From Eledone cirrhosa (Eukaryota), in assembly GCA_964016885.1 (NCBI GenBank), contig OZ024740.1:176142001-176206000 (forward strand): 64,000 bases of DNA, written 5' to 3'. The notes beneath the pieces were generated by a model. It was not told the origin of the DNA, searched no databases, and was given only the letters and a program-made list of their open reading frames with translations. Positions 27,267 through 40,186 of this stretch are shown piece by piece (position 1 is the stretch's first letter; every line of letters starts with the position of its first letter). Position numbers and translations under genes: made by a program.

Positions 27267-27596
27267 AGGATGGCTCTGAACATTAATCAGTATACACTGA
27301 GGGTGAAAAACTCAGAGCTGTATGGGAGCATCCTAAAAGTCAGCTCAAAAGTGACACAGAGGAGACTGAGGTTGGCTGGACATGCTCACCGACATCCAGA
27401 GTTGACATTGCACTCAGTGCTCCTTTGGGAGCCCCTACATGGACACACTAGAAGAGGAAGACCAAGGTTAACATATGTTGATGCCCTAAGGACAGACACT
27501 GGTCTGTTGGAGATGCAGGATATGGCAACGATAATGAGGGACAGAGACCGCTGGAGAGAACTCGTCCATGGATCTCGGGAATTTTACCCGCCTTAG
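27264..27596 (+). mobile_element. RTE-like LINE 3' fragment in (TA)n
   Basis: RRLRLAGHAHRHPE..RRGRPRLTYVD..RDRWRELV; near-identical to 32647-32980 on the minus strand. Confidence 0.88.
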
Positions 27597-27728
27597 ATAT
27601 ATGTGTGTGTGTGTAAGTGAGTAGAGTAGCCTGTGTGTGTTTGTTTGTATGTTTGAGTGTTGCTGTGTGAGCGCATATGTATGCGCGTGTGTGTCAATAA
27701 GTGATTTTTTTTTTTTTTTTTTTTTTTA

Positions 27729-30700
27729 CACGGGGACAGAAATAATCGGGCTGGATGCCCGATCGCGCAGTTAAACCACTGGGAGTGAAGAACCCCTAGC
27801 CCTTGTCAGGGCATTCTTCTAGGAGAAGGCATCTCAGGAAACTGGGTTAACTCCGACATAAAACCTGCGGCTCAGTAGTTACCGATGATGTTGATCTTTT
27901 CTTCTTTTCGGGTTATAGCTACTGTCGCTCAGAGAGTGGGATTGGTTCAGTGCACAGTCTTTCCTCACTTTAAAAATATTCGTCACGCACAGGCATTGCA
28001 CGAATGCATTAATAATTATTAATAGTGTACTATTATTATTATTATTATTATTACTATTATTATTACTTTTTTTTTTTTTTTTTCCAATTCAATGATGTTC
28101 CAGAACAATATAAAAGAGATAATTGGCAATTTAGGTTCTGGAACAAAAAAGATCATTGGCAATAAAGGCAGGGGCCCCAGGTTATCACAGCCTGGGCCCG
28201 CTCGTCATCGTGCCATTGTAATAGAGCCAAACAAGGCATTTAGTCTTGGCTGCTGGAACGTACGGACGCTTCTTGACAGGGATTCCTTGGGGCGTCCTGA
28301 ACGAAGGACCGCTCTTGTTGCAAAGGAGCTTCGACGTTACGATCTTGACATCGTGGCTTTATCTGAGACGAGGCTAGCTGGAGATGGTCATCTTATGGAA
28401 TTTTGTGGAGAATATACATTCTTCTGGAAAGGAAGAGATGAAAGAACCAGAAGAGAGGCTGGGGTAGGATTTGCTGTTAAGACTGTGCTTGTGAACAAAT
28501 TAGAAGAATTCCCAGTAGGGATTAGTGAGCGTCTTATGTCCATGAGAGTTCCGCTGGACAAGGGAAGATATGCTACCCTGGTGAGTGTGTATGCTCCAAC
28601 TATGAGTTCTGTCGATGAGGAAAAGGTGTCCTTTTACCATGCCTTGAAAGGTGTTTTAAGAAATATCCCTCAGGCAGAAAAAGTCATCGTGCTTGGTGAC
28701 TTTAATGCTAGAGTGGGTAGGGATTTTAACACATGGAATGTAATCGGAAGGCATGGGTGGGAAAGTGTAACAGCAATGGTATGCTCCTGCTGCAGATGTG
28801 TGAGAAGCTGGATCTGTGTGTTACCAACACCATGTTCCAACAAAAGAACACATTCAAGACCACATGGATGCATCCTGCATCTAAGGAATGGCATCTTTTG
28901 GACTACGTCTTAATCAGGATGCGTGACAGACAGGATGTGCAATGTGTTCGTGTTCTTCGTGGAGCAGAGTGCTGGACGGACCACCGCCTGGTACGCGCAA
29001 GTGAAACTAATCACTAAACGTAAAATCCGGGCTCCTGGTGTTGCCCTGCCCAAAAGATTGAATGCTGCTCGTCTTAAGGATAAAAATGTGAAGAGAACAT
29101 TGGAAGAAGAGATGCAGGCTGCAGATCTTGGTGAGGATTGGCCGACCCTTAAAAAGTCGGTTTATGATGTAGGCAGGCGTGTTCTGGGATCGGCGCAGAG
29201 GAAACATCAGGACTGGTTTGATGAGAATGATGTACATATAGAAGACTTGTTGGCTGATAAGAGGCGTGCTCTGTCACGCTACTTGACGGCAAAACCACAG
29301 GAGAGGAATACGTTGCATGAGGAACTCAGGGATGTAAAATCACGTGTTAGGCGGAGTCTTTCTCAGATGAAGGATCAGTGGTGGAGTGAGAAGGCTGGTG
29401 AGATACAAACTGCGTCTGATTCCAATAACACAAAGCTGTTGTACAGTCTCTTGCGTGAGGTTTATGGACCGTCTTCTTCTCTGGTGACACCGCTTCGCAG
29501 CAAGGATGGCAAAGAACTTCTTCGTGACTCACAAGGAATTCTACGAAGGTGGCGAGAGCACTTTGATGATCTTTTGAATCAGCCGTCTGTCGTCAGTGAA
29601 GATTTCCTCAACCTCATTCCAGAAAGTCCTGTGAAAGTAGCTCTCGCAGAACCTCCGACGCTTGTGGAGGTTGCAGTGGCTATTTCGAAGCTGAACAGTG
29701 GAAGATCTCCAGGTATGGATGGCATACATGCTGAGCTCCTACAATATGGTGGTGAGAGACTCCTGCAACATCTTCACTCTTTGTTTGGCAGGATATGGGC
29801 TAATGAATCCGTTCCTGAGGACTGGAGAGATGCAGTAATGGTGGTCTTGTACAAGGGAAAGGGTAACAGGAACGATTGTGGAAACTACAGAGGTATATCA
29901 TTGCTTTCTGTCGTAGGGAAAGTTTTATGTAGGGTGCTTCTGGACCGTCTGCTGACACACATTGCAGATTGTGTTCTTCCAGAAAGTCAATCTGGTTTTC
30001 GTGCTGGACGCGGCACTACTAATATGATCTTCTCAGCTAGACAGCTCCAGGAGAAGTGCATGGAACAAGGCTTGGATCTGTATCAGGTTTTTGTCGATCT
30101 GACAAAAGCTTTTGATACTGTTAACAGAGATGCATTATGGAAGGTTCTCCAGAAACTTGGTTGCCCTGATAAGTTCCTTGCTTTAGTTAGGTCTTTCCAT
30201 GACGACATGAAGGCTTGGGTTAATGTCGGGGGTAACATGTCGGAGCCTATCTCAGTAAACAATGGAGTGAAATAGGGGGATATTCCAGCACCGACCCTGT
30301 TTGCCATATACTTTGCAATGGTTTTCTGTATTGCATTCAGGAATTGCGAGCATGGTGTTTACATCCGATATCGAACTTCAGGCAGCATATTTGACATCAG
30401 GCGCTTTGCTGCGAAGACAAAAGTATTTACATCAATCATAAGAGACCTCTTGTATGCAGATGATTGCGATCTTGTAGCGCACACAGAGAGTGATATGCAG
30501 CACATTTTGAATACATTTTCTGACGCTTGCACTGCCCTAGGTATGACTGTCAGTCTCAAGAAAACCGTCGTCATATACCAACCTGCCCCTGGTAAGCAGT
30601 ACACTGAACCAAACATTTATGTGTATGGCAAACGACTTGGAGTGGTTGATCAGTTTGTCTACCTGGGAAGCACTGTCAATCGATACAGCAACCATGACAG

Positions 30701-31825
30701 TGAAATTTCACTTAGGATTAGGAAAGCAAGTGATGCTTTCGGAAAGCTAGAAAGGCGACTCTGGGGTCGGCGAGATATATGCAGGAGGACAAAGGTAAAG
30801 GTGTACAGGGCATGTGTGCTCTCTTGTCTTCTTTATGCCTGCGAGACCTGGGTCACATATCGACACAACCTTAAGCAATTGGAGCGTTTCCATCAGATGT
30901 GTCTCAGACGGATCCATGGCGTTCACTGTAGGGACCACATCAGTGATGTCGAGATTTTGGAAAGCTCTATGTGTGACAGTATAGAAGCTCTTGTGGTTAA
31001 GCAACGACTCCGTTGAAGTGGTCACCTTGCCAGGATGAAGGATTCTAGAATACCAAAACAACTCTTTTATGGAGAGTTGGTTAAAGGAAAACGACCGCCA
31101 CATAAACCAAAAAATAAGGATTCCTTGAAAGCCTCTCTGAAAGACGCTAACATCTCTGCTGATACATGGGAGAATATTGCTGCTGATCGTAATAAATGGA
31201 GAAAGACTGTATATGAGGGAAAAGTTGCCTTTGAGGCATCTCGAATCGCATAGAGAAAGTAAAGCGGCATGTGAGGAAGGGCATTCCTGTTGCACTTCCA
31301 GACGGCGAGGTTCCTCCTATGGTGCTGACATGCAGCGTATGTGCGAGACTCTGCCTAAGCAAAGCTGGACTCGAAAGTCATCTTCGCAGTCATAAAGTAA
31401 GACCAGTGGTTGACTACCAGGGTGCTGTTGGAGATGCTACTCATCATGCTTGCCAAGCATGTGGTAGAGAATGTAAATCAGCAGGAGGGCTCAAGCGACA
31501 TGCAAAAGTACATGAACTCCAACCACAGCCGGCTATTCCCAGTGAATGTTTTGGTTGCCGACTCTGTGCAAGACATTTTAGATCATTGGCTGGGCTAAAA
31601 AGCCACATTCGATCGCAGCGCTGTTAGTTGCTATCGTGTGTGTGTGTGTGTGTGTAGATATGCTTATGTGTGTGCGTGTGTGTGTATATATATGTATATG
31701 TATATTATTATTGTTGTTGTCGTTATTATTATTGTTGTTATGATTATTATTATTATTATTGTTATTAATGTATGTGTGTATATGTGTGTGTGAGTGTGTG
31801 TGTGTGTGTATATGTGTATGTATAC

Positions 31826-31863
<38 letters not shown>

Positions 31864-32073
31864 CTTTTTTTTTTTTAATTTTTATTTATTTATTACTATT
31901 ATTATTATTTTTTTTTTTTTCTTTCTCCTCGTGCAATGGCCATACCCGATAACGAGGGGGCAGCCATCATGTATGTATGTATGTATGTATGTATGTATGT
32001 ATGTATGTATGTATGTATGTATGTATGTATGTATGTATGTATGTATGTATGTATGTATGCATGTATGTATGTA
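27729..32073 (+). mobile_element. Near full-length RTE-clade LINE (APE endonuclease + RT + 3 C2H2 fingers), pseudogenised
   Basis: GCWNVRTL, ALSETR, LGDFNARVG, LDYVL, TDHRLV; SPGMDG, NYRGISLL, QSGFR, FVDLTKAFD, LYADD; stops at 30273, 31014 and 31251 plus frameshifts; (TGTA)n tail. Confidence 0.95.
31271..31627 (+). pseudogene. C-terminal triple C2H2 zinc-finger segment of the RTE ORF
   Basis: CSVC..HLRSH, CQAC..HAKVH, CRLC..HIRSQ; offset from the RT frame by a frameshift near 31250. Confidence 0.8.
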
Positions 32074-32240
32074 TGTTAAGGGGCTCACAAGCGCTACTGG
32101 TAACATATAACCCAATACAACCTGTCACATTGTCGGGTCGTCGGTGGCCCCATCAAACTGGTTTGGTGAGGAGAGTGGTTTTTGGACATGTGTGAGGAAA
32201 AATAAGACCTGTCAATAGGAGAAAGAACCCATTAGCTATG
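32074..32240 (+). mobile_element. RTE-type 5' end fragment directly after the (TGTA)n tail
   Basis: Similar to the reverse complement of about 53120-53290 (gctactggtaacat..acaacctgtc..gtcgggtcg). Confidence 0.65.
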
Positions 32241-32297
32241 TTAGTACAGCTGGTTGTATATATGTATATATATATATATATATATATTTATATACAT

Positions 32298-32335
<38 letters not shown>

Positions 32336-32340
32336 GCACG

Positions 32341-32393
<53 letters not shown>

Positions 32394-32542
32394 GTAAACG
32401 GTAAACAGAAATAACAAGAATAACAAAACAAACGGCAGAGTACGTAGAAGTAATGCATTAATTTAACGCTTGAAATAACAAGAGAGTCTTAACGTGTATA
32501 CATCGCTATTTCAGAGCACCAATACTAATATCATATAAATAA

Positions 32543-32646
<104 letters not shown>

Positions 32647-33620
32647 CTAAGGCGGGTAAAATTCCCGAGATCCATGGACGAGTTCTCTCCAGCGGTCTCT
32701 GTTCCTCCTTATCGCTGCCATGTCCTGCGTCTCCAACAGACCAGTGTCTGACCTTAGGGCATCAACATACGTCAACCTTGGTCTTCCTCTTCCAGTGTGT
32801 CCATGTAGGGGCTCCCAAAGGAGCACTGAGTGCAATGTCAACTCTGGATGTCGGTGAGCATGTCCAGCTAACCTCAGTCTCCTCTGTGTCACTTTTGAGC
32901 TGACTTTTGGGATGCTCCCATACAGCTCTGAGTTTTTCATCCTCAGTGTATACTGATTAATGTTCAGAGCCATCCTCAGCATTCTCGTGTAGCACTCATC
33001 CACCATCTGAGTGAGTTTCTTGGTCAGTGTCCAAGTCTCAGACCCATACAGCAGCACAGACTCCACTACAGCAATGAAGAGGCGGATTTTCAGGTCTCTA
33101 CGAAGGTCCGACTTCCACACCGATCTCAAGCTGTGGCACGCCACCCAGGCCTTGCTCTTCCTCTCAACCACATCATCTTCCGTATTCCCAATCTTTGCTC
33201 CCAAATACAAGAAGTCCTCAACCAATTCCATTGGCTTCGCGCCTACATTAGTCATCCCCTCTGGCTTCTCAACATTCTCTACCAGATATTTTGTTTTAGT
33301 CTCATTCATTCTCAGCCCCACATTCATCGACACAGTCTCAACCTCCCGCATCAAATCCTCTGCCTCCTTCACTGTATTTGTCACCAAAACTATGTCGTCG
33401 GCAAATTCAGCATCCGATACCTTTTTCGCCCTAACTCTCCTGCTCTGAACCGGTGCTACAGTAAAGCCAGAGTCCTGGTGTTTCTCCAGTGCAAGGCGCA
33501 TACAATAGTCCACTACGATGATAAAAAGGAAGGGAGCCAATGTATCTCCCTGGAGCACTACAGCCAGTATCTCAAAGAACTCTGTCATCCCATCAGGTGT
33601 AATGACTTGGGCTTTGGTGT
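32647..33620 (-). mobile_element. 5'-truncated RTE-like LINE with open RT C-terminal frame
   Basis: VLQGDTLAPFLF, FADD, FLYLG, LLYGSETW; ends REFYPP* directly followed by (TA)n. Confidence 0.92.
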
Positions 33621-33630
33621 ATATATATAT

Positions 33631-34030
33631 ATAAATGGAAAAGAATGAAACGAAATTTCATTTCTCACTCTTAGTACGGCTGATACCTAAATATAAGTAT
33701 GTATACGTACATACATATATGTGTACAGACGCACAGTAGTATACATACTTATATTTAGGTATCAGCCGTACTAAGAGTGAGAAATGAAATTTCGTTTCAT
33801 TCTTTTCCATTTATCGTTTTCGGTATTCCCGGCCGACTAACTCACTCGATATGCAAATTAAGCTGCTCAGCCGTTAATATGCATAAGGAAGGTATATACT
33901 TTCAGACGTTCAATCATCTGACAGAAAGGTATACGATGCTGACGATAGCTAATAAGCTTGAAACTAGTACATCGTTCCTGTGTCGGTGTTGAACAAAAAG
34001 GCGACTATGGTTGCCGAGCACTGTACGGCG
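33631..34030 (+). repeat. Third locus of the ~425-bp HHR repeat with a 76-bp fold-back
   Basis: 33631-33706 and 33739-33814 are perfect inverted arms. Confidence 0.88.
33934..33974 (+). ncRNA. Minimal type I hammerhead ribozyme, intact core
   Basis: cgatg CTGACGA tagct aata agctt GAAA ctag TA catcg; palindromic helix III ACTAGT. Confidence 0.8.
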
Positions 34031-34036
34031 TAACTT

Positions 34037-34810
34037 TACTTCAGAGATTTGATTCTGACTTAGTTTTTTTCTATTTAATTGCTAACCTGTAGGTATTGTT
34101 CTCTATACAATAACGGTTAAACTCACATGTAATAATTCTTTACACACATCTCACTGTGTAATACACTTCTCTCTGTGTAATATATTTGTATTTGAGCTCA
34201 GGTGAAAATTCTCTGTTCTTCTTTGAGCTAATATTATTATTATTGTGAACTGCGGACTACTATAATTCCGATCCTTGTATATTTAACGAGCTCCAAATTG
34301 TTGAGTTAATAAATTCGAATCGTTGGTCTAATCTCTCTAGCATTTTCCCCAACTCACGAGGGCCGTTATATGATGCAAATAACACGTGATTTCGCCTTAC
34401 TCTGGGCAGCGTGTATATCTGCTTTCTCTCTATCCATTAGGCTAGATGTGTCGTGAACAACACCCATACTTGCTGACTGAGGAACCTGTAGGCTGTTAAA
34501 CTGCACATTTCTGTGGCGAAACGAACTAGATTCGTATCAGCAAGCTTATACGGTTGGTAATTTAAAACTCTACTTCAGAGATTTGATTCTGACTTAGTTT
34601 TTTTCTATTTAATTGCTAACATGTAGGTATTGTTCTCTATACAGTAACGGTTAAACTCACATGTAATAATTCTTTACACACATCCCACTGTGTAACACAC
34701 TTCTCTCTGTGTAATATATTTGTATTTCAGCTCAGATGAAAATTCTCTGTTCTTCTTTGAGCTAATATTATTATGAACTACGGAATACTCTAATTCCGAT
34801 CCTTGTATAT
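34037..34810 (+). repeat. 534-bp-period direct repeat (about 1.45 units)
   Basis: tacttcagagatttgattctgac at 34037 and 34571. Confidence 0.9.
34469..34544 (+). ncRNA. Type I hammerhead ribozyme with stable helix III
   Basis: cttgctga CTGAGGA [imperfect helix II] GAAA cgaa ctaga ttcg TA tcagcaag; GUA cleavage triplet. Confidence 0.8.
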
Positions 34811-36723
34811 ATATATATATATATATTTATAAAAGAACAGGAGGCTGGACTGGTGTAATTCCTTAAAAGGTTTATTAATGATCATTTCAATGACCGGGTT
34901 CAGTATGAATCCGGTGACATCATCAGGTATTCGAAATATAACAAAGGAATATAATAGACAAAATCCATGGGGCTGAAAATAAGAGACATGAGAGCGACGG
35001 AAAATTTAGCAGCTTCTATGCCGGTCGGCCGCCATCAAGTGGTGATTATTAAGCCTACGTATGTCCATCTGGTGAAGGGGCGTAGGCTTATAGTGTACTA
35101 CTACCACCCTGTCAAAGACAGAGGCCAGCGTTGAGGTCAAGTCACAATCAAGCTGGTCATGCGTGCTAGCAGTACCGCGAAAAATATCAAAGAACATATA
35201 TCTTTAACAAATCTATATATAGTAATATATAGTGGGCGTCTGCATGGTATAATGTATGGACAGAAATTACGATTAACTATTAGAAACGTTAAATTTATGT
35301 TTAGAGTTATAAGATGCCATTTAAGATGAAATTAGGAAAAAATAAGGTTTAGGTTTGAGGGTGTGAGATTTAGTTAAAGAATTTAGAGAAGGAGGCTTTT
35401 ATGAAAAAGTTTAAGTGTATTATAGATAGTCACGATAAAGTTTCAGGGTAGAATATATAGCAAAGATTAAGCCCGTGCTTAGCGGTCAATAACCAGTGAC
35501 GTTGCGGACCCCCAGCCTGCCCAGGGTCCAACGGCGTGTTAGCCGTTCCGAGTATTATCGTCTAGCGAAAGAAATGTAAATTTATTTTTCCGAGTACCTC
35601 AGGAATGTTAACTTTCTTAATCGTCGGGTGTGCTAGTGGGAAGTCCGCCACCGTCCGCCGGCCATCGTATATACCGAACGATTACTAGTTATTCACACTG
35701 GTGGGGGATTTAGTTAAGTGCTAGTAGAAGGAGGCAAGATAAAGTTAAAATTTATGATTAAGCCTAGAATTTAAAGGTACTGTTTGGCGGTCAATAACCG
35801 GTGTCGCGGCGAGTTCCAAGTCCGATAGGGCCCCAGGGCCAAGCAGCCGTTCCGAGTATTTTCGGTTACCGAAAGAAGGGGAAATTTATTTTTCCAAGCA
35901 CTCTAGGAAGGCTGATCGACCCGAGCGCCTGGCGTGCAGTCGGGAAAGCCGCCACATCCGTAGGATCATCGCGTGTACCAAACAATTATTAGTTATTCAC
36001 ACCCGTGATGAGAAGTTGAAAGTGGTAAAATGTAATGAAATGTGCAAATAGACTATATTTAGTCCCCAGTTAGTCCGGGTTATATGTAGTGTGATTCCTA
36101 GGTGGGTAGGGGGAGTGAATAAAGATAAACATATATAAGGGTACAGGGAGTAATATTCTAGGGCCGTGTGCTAATGAGTACAAGGATAAGTATATCATGA
36201 GAGTAAAGCGTGTAAATAAATGCATAAATAAAACCGTGAGTAAAATACATAAATAAAATGCAGTCATACCTAAGGTGGTGATGTAGGGAGTAAAGAGGAA
36301 GTATATAAGAACATATCGAAGAAATCACAATACAGAAGAAATAAAATACAAATCAAGGTGCAGTAAAGGGGCAATATATAGCACGGTTGGAGAATACAAG
36401 GTTATACATATAGATATAGAGGATGGAAGAGTAGGAATGGTATCAGGTGATACCTAGTGTATGTTCGAGTCTTAATTTTCAATGTGAATACCAAAAGCCC
36501 TGAAATATAGGATAGGGAATTCAGTCAATACAATACAGGGTATAGTAGAATATGTTGATTCTTTGAAGAATCTATGAGGTCTGACGGTGAATACTCCCGA
36601 CAGGGAAGCAGCAATGCATGGTCCAGGTGGGCGGTAGACAGAGCTCAAAGCAGCCAAAATCCGAAAGGTGCGTAGTTAGTCCCTTGCTGGCGATAGCTGT
36701 ACACTGGAGTCAGTGCCGCTGTT

Positions 36724-37110
36724 CGGTGCATTGGCAGTATCGGTAGAGGGTCGGACGCCATGCTTTGCAGCAAAGAGTTACGGCCCTTTATGGTCTGAGT
36801 TCAAATCCCGCCGAGGTTAACTTTGCCTTTCATCCTTACGAGGTCGATAAAATAAAGTACCAGTAATGCACTGGGATAATTGTCGGCCTTGTGCCAAAAG
36901 TAGAAATAATTATTACACCTGGAAGCGCTCGACATTTACTGGAGCATTATTTATTTAGGTTTGCAGCAAAGAGTTACGGCCCTTTATGGTCTGAGTTCAA
37001 ATCCCGCCGAGGTTAACTTTGCCTTTCATCCTTACGGGGTCGATAAAATAAAGTACCAGTAATGCACTGGGTAATTACTGGCCTTGTGCCAAAGGTAGAA
37101 ACAATTATTT
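36724..37110 (+). mobile_element. Two adjacent tRNA-derived SINE copies (second 5'-truncated)
   Basis: 1559 family at about 36724-36913 and 36960-37110. Confidence 0.88.
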
Positions 37111-38060
37111 ATTTAGGTTTGTTGGTTCACCACTGGATATAACTGGTAATTCCCTATGGTCAACCTCGATGTAATATTATGGAGAGCCTCAATGTAATGC
37201 AACTCACCCGTCTTCGTTTCTGTAGTTGGTTGTGCGAGTACGCAGTTAATTATTATAAAATAACAGGAGGCTGGACTGGTGTAATTCCTTAAAAGGTTTA
37301 TTATTCAGTATGAATCCGGTGACATCATCAGGTATTCGAAATATAACAAAGGAATATAATAGACAAAATCCATGGGGCTGTAAATCAGAGACGAGAGATG
37401 AGGGCGACCGAACATTTAGCAGCTTCTACCCCGGTCGGCCGCCATCAAGTGGTGATTATTAAGCCTACTTATGTCCATCTGGTGAAGGGGCGTAGGCTTA
37501 TAGTGTACTACTACCACCCCGTCAAAGACACAGGCCAGCGTTGAGGTCAAGTCACAATCAAGCTTGTCATGCGAGCTAGAAAGTGCCGCAAAAAATATCA
37601 AAGAACATATATCTTTAACAAATTTATATATAGTAATATATAGTGGGCGTCTGCAAGGTATAATGTATGGACAGAAATTACGATTAACAATTAGAAGCGT
37701 TAAATTTATGTTTAGAGTTAGAAGATGCCATTTAAGATGAAATTAGGAAAAATAAGGTTTAGGTTTGAGGTGAGATTTAGTTAAAGAAATTGCCGCGAGT
37801 CCGCAACGTCGCTGGTTATTGACTGCTAAGCATGGGCTATATATGCTATATATTCTACCCTGAAACTTTATAATACACTTAAACTTTTTCATAAAGCCTC
37901 CTTCTGTAAATTCTTTAACTAAATCTCACAACCTCAAACCTAAACCTTATTTTTCCTAATTTCCTCTTAAATGGCATCTTCTAACTCTAAACATAAATTT
38001 AATGTCTATGATTTTGAGCCCCATGGATTTTGTCTATTATATTCCTTTGTTATATTTCGA

Positions 38061-38118
38061 ATACCTGATGATGTCACCGGATTCATACTGAACCCGGTCA
38101 TTGAAATGATCATCGTAT
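38061..38118 (+). ncRNA. Minimal type I hammerhead ribozyme
   Basis: atac CTGATGA tgtcaccgg..ccggtcatt GAAA tgatca TC gtat; palindromic helix III. Confidence 0.78.
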
Positions 38119-38184
38119 AATAAACCTTGTGAGGAATTACACCAGTCCAGCCTCCTTTTATTTTATAATAATTAACTCCGTACT

Positions 38185-38430
38185 CGCACAATGTTTCCTC
38201 CGAGCATAAGTTACACGGACGGCGTCCTCCCGTGTAAGAGTTAGCTCTGGACAGTAAGCTCCAAGTGAGATTGTAGGTTATATTATTATCTTGGAGGTCC
38301 CAGATGTGACCCGAAATGTGGAACATTACAAATGCTGTTTTCGAAGGACCAACTCCTAAACAAGAAAGACGAACTGGTAACCGCATGCAAACACAGATTA
38401 CGCAGGACTTACCTCGCCCTCAAATCCCAT
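38185..38430. mobile_element. Penelope GIY-YIG C-terminal fragment split by an inversion
   Basis: Minus: SGHIWDLQD..WSLLSRANSY..CNLCSEETL; continuation on plus: TLQMLFSKDQLLNKKDELVTACKH. Confidence 0.7.
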
Positions 38431-39133
38431 AACGACCCGGGTGGGTAGACAAGGGCTGATAACCCACCACTTGCCGAATAAGTTAGGGGAAACCCCAGCT
38501 TACATAGGTAAATGTATCTCTTTTATTTTCCTCTTTGTCTTCTTTCTCCCCCTGTCTCATCCTATCACTTCCTTCCACCCCCTATTTTCCTCCTCATCTG
38601 CTTTTCCCCTTTCGCCTATCCCAATGCAGCCCATCGGACCTCTGTAACATCACTTCCCCCACCCCTGTAATTTTAAGATAGAATTGGCCGATTACGTTTT
38701 ACTAACTACTTATAGCAGATGTGTTAAAAACCCCTTTAATTTTGTTTCAGATTTGTTACTACTCATTCTACAAGTTTTTTCTATTCTCAACTTATTAACC
38801 TGTAATTGTAAGATAACATTGTGATTTTTTTAAAATTCATTTCTCACTATCTAATTTATATATATTTTTATTTCTTTCTATTATGTTTTATTGTCTCCTA
38901 CTCTCATTCGATTTACTTATTCTATAACCTCCCGCCTCCACTTCATACATATCCTTAGAATCTGCTGTATACATATCACTTTCAACGCTTGACCGCTCCA
39001 CTCACTCCCTTATTTTTCTACAGGCAGTTCAGCCACCCCTACCTCCCACCAAATGCCATGATAGACATATTTGTGTTTACAACAAATTTTAACCAATCCT
39101 CTTGACAACTACAATCTTCCCATATAAGGAAGT

Positions 39134-39229
39134 ACCCCTTGACAAGTTCGGCTATTTATTCACCAGGATAAAAATTATAATTTAGTCCAGAAATAGCCGT
39201 CGAAACGGCTTGAGCTCTGCCGTCGGGGT
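39134..39229 (+). ncRNA. Hammerhead-like fold with variant or decayed core
   Basis: acccc TTGACAA g..cggctattt/aaatagccg..c GAAA cggc/gccg TC ggggt; helices intact, core differs from CTGANGA at two positions. Confidence 0.6.
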
Positions 39230-39949
39230 CATACTTTTTCCTATTCCTACTCTACTACTCTAAGTATTGAGTACTCTCTGTGCGTTATGGTCTATCTGGT
39301 CCCTTACCACAATTCTTTTGTTATATATATATATATATACAAGCAGAATGGTCTGGCGTTGCTCGGGCTTCTAAACATACATTGGCATGTTTATCCCTCC
39401 TTTCCGAAACAGTACAGAGAAGTACGGAATACCTCGGCCTGGGGATGGTGTCTACATTTTGTGCTTATAAAAAAAATTCGTCGTAGATTACCAGGGGTTT
39501 AACTTAATTGGGTGCCTGAGAGTAAAATGTTCAACCTACGAAACCAAGACGATAGGGTTAAGTAAAAAGGCATTCGACAAACGGAACATGTATTTGTTGT
39601 ACAATGAATAGTTACAGAGCAGTAAGCGTGTGGGACTGCGGTGATGGAGAGCATGAAGGAATTTAGTTGGATACTTTTAAGGTTACAAAAATCTACCCAA
39701 TCTTATTTAGACCGAACTGTTATATCGGATGCCGAACGCTTCGGAGTTACTATTGGGGTCACCATCAACAATTTCAAGGGATGTACGTTTACGTAAGGAT
39801 AATATAGTCTATAAAGAGAGGTAACTCTTTCAAAATACTAAAGAATTGTCTGTCTTGTACATTGTAGACAACATTTCCGACAAAAAGGGCTTAAAGATTT
39901 AGTGAAAGAAACGCCTTTAACAACAGAAAATTGAGAAATAAAAGCTGCA

Positions 39950-40085
39950 ATTAATATCTTTAGACCGCAAGGAATATATAAATGCAAGTTTGAAGTCAAT
40001 CGGAGTAGAAATGTGGATTTGTATAGACTTTGCCAAAATTAGGACACACACACACAGACAGACAACTACAGTTTTATATATATAT
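39950..40085 (-). mobile_element. Helitron-like 5' end remnant
   Basis: ..acacacagacagaca..cagttttatatata resembles the 5' terminus of the 3951-4946 element. Confidence 0.45.
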
Positions 40086-40092
40086 ATGTATG

Positions 40093-40141
<49 letters not shown>

Positions 40142-40186
40142 AAGTTAAATAAAAAGTCAAATGTTTAAAATTTAGCTTCGTTTATT

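Larger units (their letters stand above)
34825..38180. repeat. Penelope-associated non-coding repeat complex (direct and inverted copies)
   Basis: About 34830-35390 recurs at about 37255-37790; 37800-38165 is an inverted, internally deleted copy; HHR remnants at about 34880-34932 and 37300-37335 on the minus strand. Confidence 0.8.

Noticed and set aside
30273-31253. In-frame stops in the RTE ORF as programmed readthrough or editing sites
   Set aside because: Accompanied by frameshifts; TAG for CAG and TGA for TGG are ordinary transition mutations in a dead copy
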